A DNA stretch of 54,149 bases from Oligoflexales bacterium (GTDB lineage: Bacteria > Bdellovibrionota_B > Oligoflexia > Oligoflexales > Bog-1112): the NCBI GenBank assembly GCA_045106415.1, contig JBGCEP010000078.1, forward strand, positions 1 through 54,149, in the 5' to 3' direction. The notes under the pieces were generated by a model. That model was not told the DNA's origin, made no database searches, and saw nothing but the letters and a program-made list of their open reading frames with translations. Made by a program: the position numbers and the translations under genes. Below, one piece after another: positions 39,897 through 47,881 of the stretch; position 1 is the first letter of the stretch; the number at the start of each line of letters is the position of its first letter.

Positions 39897-41192
39897 ATGT
39901 TAATAAGATTGTTGATCAGTATCTGCCTTTTTTCTTCGACAAACAGTTATTCTTTTGATCGAACGGTATCTTCGTCTTGGTTGAAGAATAAAATACATAT
40001 TGATGAATCTGATTCTCGTATTAGATCTGGTGCAATTATTGGTATTCGTGAATTTACAGATCCCTCTACGTTAAGTTTTGAGCTCGCGACACAAAGCCGC
40101 TTCGGGCATGTTGGAATTTTTATTTCAACTGAAGATATGATGGAAGCATATATTCAGGCTGTGACTCACCCTGATATTTACAAAGATTTTATAAAAGATT
40201 TAGTTGAAATGATACCAGATCAAAATAACCATGATGGTGGTTATTATGATTTTAAGAAGCAGATTGTAAACGGTAAGGCTGATGGATCTTTGTCTTTTTA
40301 TCTGAGTTTTTCAAATTTAATAGAGAGAGATTGCATTGAGTGGTTTTTGAAAAAAAATTTAAAAAATAACACCATTGAAGAAGTTAGAAAAATTGCTTCA
40401 GATATTTATAATAAAACAAGTCTTGTTCAAGAAAGAAATGAAGTAATTAAAGATTTTTTTGGTCATGATGTATCTCTTCCTTTTGATTATAAAGGTGGAG
40501 TCATTCTTGATATGTCTCCTTCAATAGATTTATTGGAGTGGGCCACTCCTCATTTTATTTCAGCTATTAATAATAATCTTCTTAGTGTTATTCAGCCAAA
40601 GAAAAATCTTTCGATTGAACAAGTTTCAAAAATTTTGATCTATCGACATATTATGCAGGATTTGAGAGTGAAATATAATTTCTCTCAATCTATTAAGGGT
40701 ATCAGCCAACAGAATTGCTCAGAATTTGTTCATAATGCTTTCTCTCTTATCGGGATTGACAATATTGGTGTAGAACAAAATATGAGTTCTTTAAATACAA
40801 AAGCTCTGGGTGGAAGTTTAAAAACGGCGTCTGTTCTGTCTGGGCAATATTCTTCAGAAAACAGAGTTATAACACCTAAAAGTGTCATGATGTCAGGCTA
40901 TTCTCACCCTAGTATGGAAGTGGTTCATGATTTAGATTTTCTTAATATTAAAGAACCTGTTTCTGATAGAACTCTCTATCGTGAATGGAAAGATACAGGT
41001 AAATTACATTGGAGCTATAAGGCGTTAAAAATAATGGGGTGTGGTTGGAGGCAACCGTCTGACTGCACTCAAAATATAGAAGAAGCAAATGATGGTGAGA
41101 GTTATAGTTCAAGCTCCATGATTGTTAGTGGGGCTATTGGTGCTGCGATTGTTGGTGTAAGCATTGCTTATCTGTCTAAGTTATTTATCTGA
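39897..41192 (+). CDS. Permuted papain-like amidase (YiiX/YaeF, C92-like) with large insertion and C-terminal TM segment
   Basis: IRSGAII..ATQSRFGHVGIF (His71), KYNF..QQNCSEFVHNAF (Cys274), VITPKSV; signal peptide; hydrophobic C-terminus. Confidence 0.8.
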   Translation: MLIRLLISICLFSSTNSYSFDRTVSSSWLKNKIHIDESDSRIRSGAIIGIREFTDPSTLSFELATQSRFGHVGIFISTEDMMEAYIQAVTHPDIYKDFIKDLVEMIPDQNNHDGGYYDFKKQIVNGKADGSLSFYLSFSNLIERDCIEWFLKKNLKNNTIEEVRKIASDIYNKTSLVQERNEVIKDFFGHDVSLPFDYKGGVILDMSPSIDLLEWATPHFISAINNNLLSVIQPKKNLSIEQVSKILIYRHIMQDLRVKYNFSQSIKGISQQNCSEFVHNAFSLIGIDNIGVEQNMSSLNTKALGGSLKTASVLSGQYSSENRVITPKSVMMSGYSHPSMEVVHDLDFLNIKEPVSDRTLYREWKDTGKLHWSYKALKIMGCGWRQPSDCTQNIEEANDGESYSSSSMIVSGAIGAAIVGVSIAYLSKLFI

Positions 41193-41214
41193 ATAGAGAT
41201 GTTAGAGGTTTGAT

Positions 41215-43035
41215 ATGAAACGAATCATTATTATGTTTCTTAGTTTTTATATGAATTGTCTTTTCGGAAATACCGTAAGTGATTGGAAAGATCATTTAAG
41301 AGAAGCTATTCAAAATGATAATGAGTTGGAGTTTTTTCAAGAAAATGATCTGACTTTACCAAGCGGTGTTGTAATTGTTCATAGCTGGAATGCAAGTCCT
41401 ATCAAAGAAGATGAGAGTACAGTCGGTCATCTTAGTCTTCAAATATCTGATCTTTATATTAGTGTTTGGCCAGAAGATTCTGACGACCCTTATTCACCTA
41501 TTCGCTTGTCTTCTTTCCACGAAGATTTTGAAGTTATGGGTACTAGCCAATATCTGATTTTACAGCTACAAGAAGATGAATATAACTTGGTGTATCAAGA
41601 AGCTGAAAACACCATGATGAATTTCATGGAAAATCAAGATGATTACGCATTTACAATTGGATCTTTTGAGATAAAAACACCTCATGGTGACCCAAAAAAC
41701 AGTGAATACATGACGGTTTCAGCGAGTCTTTCTTCCGGTGAGTCTGCTTTTAGTATTAGAAACAAGTCTAGCTTGCAACATATTGTAGATGCGGCTAAAG
41801 AGCAATTTGCAGAAAAATTAAATTTTAAAAAATATGTTGGAAGAGTAGCTGGTGGCTGTAGTGGATTTGCAGCTGGAGCAGCAGCTTGTGGAGTTGCTGA
41901 AAGCTTTGTGGGAGGAATAGGAAGTTTAATGTTAGGGTCTGCTGCTGCAGGTCCTATTGCATTAGCAGCAGTAATAGGTGGTGTTGCTATTGCAGGGATT
42001 GGAACAACTGCAGGTCATTTTATTGCAAAAGGTGTTACTTGTATTAGTAAACAAAATTTTGAATATCCTGTGGGAGAAGGTCATAGGCCACTTGAAGTTT
42101 GTTATCGAATGCCTACGTTTAATGAAAAGATTTCTGATGGTAGAAGAGCTGTTTGTTGTAAAACATCTGTCTATAGTGTCTTGAAGCAAAGTCAAGAACT
42201 TACAAAATATATTGACGCAACCGACAAAGAAAGCTGTTCTTTAAGGGCAGACCTTTATCTTAATCTTTATGGTTCAGTTACAGAATTAAGAGAAGCTCTG
42301 CAGAAATCTGATGATCCTGACAGAGTAATATCAGATTTTATTCGAGAAAGAGGAAATATTAGAACTAGAAACTCAAAAAGTGATGTTGTTCTTAATAAAA
42401 TTACGAGTTGTTTATCTAAAAATAATCAGAAAGATATTAAAGATATTATTAAAGAAGTGTTGGTGAGTCTTATTGCAGCGCAATCAGGTGATTTTAAGAA
42501 ATTTGAAAATATTTTAGATGATTTAGAGTTAAATAAAGGCAAGCTTTCTATTTTACTTGCAAATCCTTCAATCCTTCCTGGGAGTTCATTACAAAATTTA
42601 GGAGCTTCCTTATCTGAATCAACAAATTATGTCGCATCGAGTTTTGAAAAAGACTTAGGTGCGCCTGTAACGACTAAAATACAATTTAAAGAGTTGTTAG
42701 AAGATAAGTACTTAGGAATAAAAAAAATAAATGGACAAGTAAAAGTTATTGTTGATAGCAAGAAAAATTTAGATTGCTATGATTTTAGACTTATCCAAGT
42801 ATCAGCATCTGAAAATAAATATGCTTTATATAATGACACTTTGGGTCTTACCATACAAGCTGATAATCATAATGAATTATGTGTTCATAATCCTGACTTC
42901 TCAGAAGAAGAGAGCTTTTTGATTGTGCATAATTCTATAGATTCAAGGTCATTGTTACCGTTTAGTCATCCTAGTCATATTTTTGCAGAAAAAGAATGGA
43001 TCATTGAATCTTTTGAGCAGAGTGAAGGAAAATAA
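41215..43035 (+). CDS. Exported multidomain protein: putative permuted papain-like core, Gly/Ala-rich membrane segment, fascin-like C-terminus
   Basis: VGHLSLQI..YISVWP (His72), CCKTSVYSVL (Cys314/315), GxxxG-rich aa ~209-273, C-terminal KYLG..F.LI..YALY..EESF repeats. Confidence 0.5.
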   Translation: MKRIIIMFLSFYMNCLFGNTVSDWKDHLREAIQNDNELEFFQENDLTLPSGVVIVHSWNASPIKEDESTVGHLSLQISDLYISVWPEDSDDPYSPIRLSSFHEDFEVMGTSQYLILQLQEDEYNLVYQEAENTMMNFMENQDDYAFTIGSFEIKTPHGDPKNSEYMTVSASLSSGESAFSIRNKSSLQHIVDAAKEQFAEKLNFKKYVGRVAGGCSGFAAGAAACGVAESFVGGIGSLMLGSAAAGPIALAAVIGGVAIAGIGTTAGHFIAKGVTCISKQNFEYPVGEGHRPLEVCYRMPTFNEKISDGRRAVCCKTSVYSVLKQSQELTKYIDATDKESCSLRADLYLNLYGSVTELREALQKSDDPDRVISDFIRERGNIRTRNSKSDVVLNKITSCLSKNNQKDIKDIIKEVLVSLIAAQSGDFKKFENILDDLELNKGKLSILLANPSILPGSSLQNLGASLSESTNYVASSFEKDLGAPVTTKIQFKELLEDKYLGIKKINGQVKVIVDSKKNLDCYDFRLIQVSASENKYALYNDTLGLTIQADNHNELCVHNPDFSEEESFLIVHNSIDSRSLLPFSHPSHIFAEKEWIIESFEQSEGK

Positions 43036-43073
43036 TTTTAGATATAAACGTGGAGATGTGGATAAAGTTTTAA

Positions 43074-43114
43074 TAAAAAAGACTACCTGACATAATGATT
43101 TATAGGTAGGTTTT
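43074..43114. terminator. Possible terminator hairpin after the 41215 gene
   Basis: A-run-CTACCT ... AGGTAG-GTTTT. Confidence 0.4.
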
Positions 43115-43336
43115 ATATGTGGTTTTTGATGAAGATTATTGTGTTGAATGTTTTTTAGAGAAGAATTCCAGAACGATTTAATTAACTTAATGTAAATTAC
43201 GTGATGAGTAATAAGTTTTATTTAGATGAATATTCTAATTTTCAAAAGGTATTGTGGCGTATTATCCGTCCTCAAGGCAAATAATTTATAAAATATAACA
43301 TAGCAATCAAACGTAGATGATGAATGGAGAAAGAAT

Positions 43337-44659
43337 TTGAATATTTTTAATGGAACTATCGTTTCAGTAACGCTTGTTGCTTCAGCGATGTTAAGTGGAG
43401 GAACAGAGTTTAAAGCATGTTTAAAAACTGTCCATCAAAAATTTGTAACAGCAACGCAATGCGATGAACAATGGGTTGCTAGAGGGGCAGCAGATCAAGT
43501 CGGAGGTTGGGAAGTCTTTTTAATTTCAGTCGATGATAACGGTTTTGCAACGTTAAAATCTGAACATCAAAAATACCTTACAGCAACGGCTCATGATGAA
43601 AATTTTGTTGTCCGCGGTTCGGCTGACAAAGCTGATGCATGGGAGAAATTTAAATTTATTAAAAATGAAGATGATTCTTGCTCTTTTAAAACTGTTCATA
43701 ATAAATACATAACCGCAACGGCTCATGATGAGAATCTAGTTCTTCGAGGAAGCGCTACTGAAAACAATCAGTGGGAGAAGTTCTTTTTAGTGAATATAAT
43801 TAATATGGATTTCATGAGGGATAGTCATAGGAATTCAGAGTTTAATATTCCTATGTGTGACCTTGCTTACGCGAGTAATAATGCATATTCAATGAAGGGT
43901 TTTAAGGCTGAAAATGGTTTCCTTAATTATGATGTAGCTGCTAGGTCAAAGTCTAACAATATGTTGGCGGTGTTGTTTTTAAGTACAACAGATCATGTTG
44001 CGATTGTAAGTTTTCAAGGGACAAATAGCTGCACTTCTTTAGTGAATGACGCTAAAATAGGATGCCTGGGTAAAGAAGGTTTGAATAATGTTTTTAAACA
44101 AGCACGAAAAAACTTTGAAGAATTTAGAGATTTATTAAGAAATAAAGATGTCTATATTTGTGGACATTCGCTGGGAGGTATTGCAGCGCAGATAATAGCA
44201 GGTAAAAAAAATATTAAAGGAGCTGCCTTTAATACAATGGGCATTAGAAATCTAGATGTTTATTTTGATAATCGTCCTGAATTTTATATCCATAATACAG
44301 AATCATTTATCCATAATGGTTTAGGGAATACATACTTAGGGAAACTTGTTATTCATAGAGGAGTTTCTCATCGTATGTGCGATTTAATTTCAAAACACTT
44401 TAATAGTTCTTGCTCGCTTAATTTAGATAAATGCTCTTCTCATTTTAGACCTACCCTTGTAAGGCAAGTTGCAAATCATTGCGGTGGTTTTTTATATAGA
44501 GTGGTAAGAGAAAAGCACAACAAACTATGTGATGTCTTTGATGAAAAAAACGAAGCGATAGAACAATTTAAAAAAGGTCATGAAGACCAGGCTATTGAAC
44601 ACGCAATGAACTCTGTTGTTGCTGTTTTACATTTAATTAAATTTAGAGGTGTTAAATGA
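43337..44659 (+). CDS. Fascin-like beta-trefoil + class 3-like lipase (alpha/beta hydrolase)
   Basis: Three 44-aa repeats (LKTVHQKFVTA..WEVF, LKSEHQKYLTA..WEKF, FKTVHNKYITA..WEKF); VSFQGT, GHSLGG (Ser278), AAFN, HRM. Confidence 0.85.
   Translation: MNIFNGTIVSVTLVASAMLSGGTEFKACLKTVHQKFVTATQCDEQWVARGAADQVGGWEVFLISVDDNGFATLKSEHQKYLTATAHDENFVVRGSADKADAWEKFKFIKNEDDSCSFKTVHNKYITATAHDENLVLRGSATENNQWEKFFLVNIINMDFMRDSHRNSEFNIPMCDLAYASNNAYSMKGFKAENGFLNYDVAARSKSNNMLAVLFLSTTDHVAIVSFQGTNSCTSLVNDAKIGCLGKEGLNNVFKQARKNFEEFRDLLRNKDVYICGHSLGGIAAQIIAGKKNIKGAAFNTMGIRNLDVYFDNRPEFYIHNTESFIHNGLGNTYLGKLVIHRGVSHRMCDLISKHFNSSCSLNLDKCSSHFRPTLVRQVANHCGGFLYRVVREKHNKLCDVFDEKNEAIEQFKKGHEDQAIEHAMNSVVAVLHLIKFRGVK
43421..43790 (+). 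repeat. Three tandem 132-bp coding repeats (beta-trefoil lobes)
   Basis: Units start at 43421, 43553 and 43685; GCAACGGCTCATGATGA is shared by units 2 and 3. Confidence 0.85.
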
Positions 44660-45489
44660 AATTATTTTATTTTCTAATGAGTTTGAGTTTGTTTTCTTGT
44701 GGTACAGAAAATATGTCTAGTTTTCAAACAGAAGACTTAAGTATTTCTCTTTTGAGTTCGGTTTCGACGGATGATCGACTTGATCCATCATTTATAGTGT
44801 TAGATAGAAAAACATTGAACCTAAATGGACATTCTATTGATTTTGTTCATGTTCCTGGTGGGGTTGCTGAGCTCTATAAATGCGGTACGTTGAATACCAA
44901 TTTCGAGAGAAAGGTATTAAAAGAGCGGTTAGATTCTTACTGGATTTCCACGACAATGATGACCCAAGATATTTACAGAGCTGTTATGGGTCAAAATCCA
45001 TCAGTAAACCAAGAAGGACGTTATCCCATTCACAATATAGGATATGCTGACGCTGTTTCTTTTATCGGAAAATTAAACGATCAACTGAAAAAAAATGATA
45101 TTGAAATTGAAGTTTCTTTACCAAATGATTTTCAATGGATTCATGCTGTGAACGGTGGGCAGAGTACTAATTTTTATTGGGGTGATGATATTCGTGAAGG
45201 CTCTGAGTTTGAGTGGCTGGATTATGTTGGTGATCAATCTGAAAAAATGCATCCTGTCGCTCAAAAGAAACCTAATCCATATGGTCTTTACGATGGAGTT
45301 GGTCATTGTTCTGAGTTTGTGCAACCTTTGCTTCCTGCTCATAATATTGATGGGCGAGAATTATCTGCTGTTATAGGATTGCACTATTATGAAGACCTAG
45401 ATATGGCAGACTTTTTTAGATATACATCTCCAGCAGGAAGAGATCATGGCCCATGGTCAATGACGAGTTTTCGTTTGGTTTGTAAATAA
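44656..45489 (+). CDS. Lipoprotein with FGE-sulfatase/SUMF1 (CLec-fold) domain
   Basis: Lipobox LFSC; FVHVPGG, MTQDIYRAVMGQNPS, YPIHNI, SLPNDFQW, HPVAQKKPNPYGLYD..G..SE, SFRLV; ATGA overlap with the lipase stop. Confidence 0.88.
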   Translation: MKLFYFLMSLSLFSCGTENMSSFQTEDLSISLLSSVSTDDRLDPSFIVLDRKTLNLNGHSIDFVHVPGGVAELYKCGTLNTNFERKVLKERLDSYWISTTMMTQDIYRAVMGQNPSVNQEGRYPIHNIGYADAVSFIGKLNDQLKKNDIEIEVSLPNDFQWIHAVNGGQSTNFYWGDDIREGSEFEWLDYVGDQSEKMHPVAQKKPNPYGLYDGVGHCSEFVQPLLPAHNIDGRELSAVIGLHYYEDLDMADFFRYTSPAGRDHGPWSMTSFRLVCK

Positions 45490-45501
45490 AAATATATTGG
45501 C

Positions 45502-45530
45502 GTGACTCAATAGGAATCACACTTTACTCT
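45502..45530 (+). promoter_or_regulatory. Possible sigma70 promoter upstream of pabA/trpG
   Basis: GTGACT-17 bp-TACTCT, overlapped by the GTGACTC/GAATCAC dyad. Confidence 0.4.
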
Positions 45531-45687
45531 AGGCGCTGATTGAAGGGAGCTCTAAGAATGTGAATGCCTACCTTCATGGGATTTATAGAGCTCTGGAAAT
45601 CTGATGTCTTTTTATCAAAGCCAGCGACTATAGGTGCGGTTCTGCTTTCTGAGACAAGAGGGTTCGTGCTGCTAAAGGAGGTGCGCT

Positions 45688-46284
45688 ATGAAAATGTCAA
45701 TTATTCTTATTGATCACTATGACAGCTTTACAGCTAATCTTAGAGATTGGCTGAGCTGTGAGTTTCATGTGCAAACATATCAGTATGATCGAATGCCCTC
45801 AGCCTCTTGTTTGCCTTGTTCTCCTATTGTTTTATCTCCAGGGCGTAAAGATCCTCAATCAGCACCGCAAACCTGCGATCTTGTTTTTGAAAAACATCAA
45901 CAAGTTCCTTTGTTAGGGGTTTGTTTAGGTCATCAGATTTTAGGGCACTGTTTCGGGAGTCAAATTCAATGCTCTCGTAACCCAGTGCATGGAGAGGTCA
46001 AAAATTTTGAACAACAAGGAAAAGATCCGCTGTTCGAAGGTTTTGGCAAAGAGTTCTCAGGAGCTGCCTACCATTCTTTGGTGGTGGAAAATGTGCCGCA
46101 AGGCTGGGAACAGTTAGCGACGTGTGAGTATGGTGAGGTGCAAGCTATGCGGAGTCCTGGAGTTCTAGGAGCGTTCTCCTATGGTATTCAATTTCATCCA
46201 GAGTCATTTATGACCTTGGATGGAGAAAGAATTTTGCAAAACTGGAAAAAGATTGTCTTGCAATGGAAAGCAGCTCAGGCATAG
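45688..46284 (+). CDS. Glutamine amidotransferase, aminodeoxychorismate/anthranilate synthase component II (PabA/TrpG)
   Basis: IDHYDSFTANL, LSPG, LGVCLGHQ, PVHG, YHSL, GIQFHPES. Confidence 0.92.
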   Translation: MKMSIILIDHYDSFTANLRDWLSCEFHVQTYQYDRMPSASCLPCSPIVLSPGRKDPQSAPQTCDLVFEKHQQVPLLGVCLGHQILGHCFGSQIQCSRNPVHGEVKNFEQQGKDPLFEGFGKEFSGAAYHSLVVENVPQGWEQLATCEYGEVQAMRSPGVLGAFSYGIQFHPESFMTLDGERILQNWKKIVLQWKAAQA

Positions 46285-46357
46285 CAAAATTTTAAATAAT
46301 CAGTATGCTAACCTTCGAAGGCTCAGCATTGAGTCCAGAGTAACTAAGGAGATGACA

Positions 46358-47797
46358 GTGTCCGTACGTGTTCGAATCGCCCCTTCGCCGACCGGGGATC
46401 CCCATGTAGGGTTAGCTTATACAGCTTTGTTTAATTACGCCCTGGCTAAAAAGCATGGCGGAAAGTTGATACTTCGAATTGAGGATACGGATCAAGCAAG
46501 GTTTCGTTCTTCAAGCCAACAGCAGATTATGGAAAGCCTGAAATGGCTTGGTCTTGAGTGGGACGAAGGCCCAGATTGTGGCGGTGGTTATGGCCCTTAT
46601 CATCAGTCGGAACGTAAAGATATTCACAACGAACATGTGAATGTTTTGATGGCTTCTGGTCACGCTTATCGTTGTTTTTGCACTAAAGATCGGCTCGATG
46701 AAGTTAGAAAGTTGCAAAGGGAAAAGAAAGAAACCACCCGTTATGATGGTGTTTGTCGTCACCTTTCAGATGCAGATGTTGAAAAGAACCTTAGCGCTGA
46801 AATCCCATACGTTGTGCGTATGAAAGCTCCAAGTGAGGGTGTCACAACTTTTGAAGATGCCCTACGAGGGACGATTGAGATTGCAAATACACAAATGGAT
46901 GATCAAGTTCTGTTGAAATCAGATGGGTTTCCAACTTATCACCTTGCAAATGTGGTTGATGATCATTTAATGAAGATTACTCACGTGATTCGAGCTGAAG
47001 AATGGATTTCATCAACACCCAAGCATATCCAGCTGTATAAAATGTTTGGATGGGATATTCCTGTTTTTGCTCATTTGCCTTTATTGCGTAATAACGATCA
47101 ATCAAAAATATCTAAAAGAAAAAACCCAGTGTCTTTGAATTACTATCGCCGCAAAGGTGTTCTTCCTGAGGCGATGCTAAACTTCTTAGGTACGATGGGA
47201 TGGTCATTTGGAAATGATGTCGAGTTTTTTAGCTTGTCTGAAATGGTTGATAAGTTTCGTCTGGAAGATGTTCAGCCAGGGGGCCCTGTTTTTGATGTGG
47301 AAAAACTGCACTATTTTAATGCGCATTATTTACGAGAGCTTAGTCCTGAAGTTTTTGCAGATTGGCTCCGAGAGGAGTTTTTCTCCAAGCAAGCGCTGAT
47401 GAAACTGCATCCGCTCTTGGCTGAGAGAATAGAGGTTGGAGAAGACTTTATCGATAAGTCTCAGTTCTTTTTTAATGGCAAACTTTCTTATGATGGTGTG
47501 TCATTAATCCCTAAAGGTAGGGAAAAAGATGACGTCGTGAGAATGCTTACATCACTTGTGGAAAAATTAGATGAACTCTACGACTGGGATGTTGAGTCTT
47601 TACAGCGGGTTTTTGATGATCATCGTGCAGATTTAGGCTGGAAGCCAGGACAATATTTGATGCCGTTAAGACTTGTTGTGAGTGGACGAAAAGACTCTCC
47701 ACCTCTTGTTGAGATGATTGAAACTTTGGGTAGAGAAATGGTTCGTTTTCGATTGAGAGATGCAGCTCAATTCTTGAAAACCATGCGCCCTTCGTAA
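46358..47797 (+). CDS. gltX: Glutamate--tRNA ligase
   Basis: RIAPSPTGDPHVG, LRIEDTD, PTYHLANVVDDH, KISKR; start GTG 46358 or ATG 46352 after AAGGAG. Confidence 0.97.
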   Translation: MSVRVRIAPSPTGDPHVGLAYTALFNYALAKKHGGKLILRIEDTDQARFRSSSQQQIMESLKWLGLEWDEGPDCGGGYGPYHQSERKDIHNEHVNVLMASGHAYRCFCTKDRLDEVRKLQREKKETTRYDGVCRHLSDADVEKNLSAEIPYVVRMKAPSEGVTTFEDALRGTIEIANTQMDDQVLLKSDGFPTYHLANVVDDHLMKITHVIRAEEWISSTPKHIQLYKMFGWDIPVFAHLPLLRNNDQSKISKRKNPVSLNYYRRKGVLPEAMLNFLGTMGWSFGNDVEFFSLSEMVDKFRLEDVQPGGPVFDVEKLHYFNAHYLRELSPEVFADWLREEFFSKQALMKLHPLLAERIEVGEDFIDKSQFFFNGKLSYDGVSLIPKGREKDDVVRMLTSLVEKLDELYDWDVESLQRVFDDHRADLGWKPGQYLMPLRLVVSGRKDSPPLVEMIETLGREMVRFRLRDAAQFLKTMRPS

Positions 47798-47817
47798 GCT
47801 TTTATGGATATGGAGGC

Positions 47818-47859
47818 AAAAAAGAGGTTTTGACTCAATGCGTCAAAACCTCTTTTTTT
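47818..47859. terminator. Bidirectional intrinsic terminator between gltX and murA
   Basis: AAAAAAGAGGTTTTGAC / GTCAAAACCTCTTTTTT perfect 17-bp stem between convergent genes. Confidence 0.88.
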
Positions 47860-47881
47860 AGATATTTTGTAGTCGCTGGAT

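Noticed and set aside
45606..45660. Canonical SAM-I or TPP riboswitch
   Set aside because: Only scattered words match; SAM-I P2/kink-turn is absent and the TPP elements are in the wrong order. Kept only as an unclassified structured leader.
44656..45687. Diversity-generating retroelement targeting the FGE/CLec lipoprotein
   Set aside because: CLec-fold lipoproteins are known DGR targets, but I found no template repeat matching the 3' end and no reverse transcriptase in the window; a remote DGR cannot be excluded.
46220..46351. N-terminal extensions of GltX (and similarly PrfA, FlgA, MurG, SNF2, 35904 gene) in the ORF track
   Set aside because: Downstream starts with better RBS or family-typical N-termini exist; the extensions overlap neighbours or terminators.
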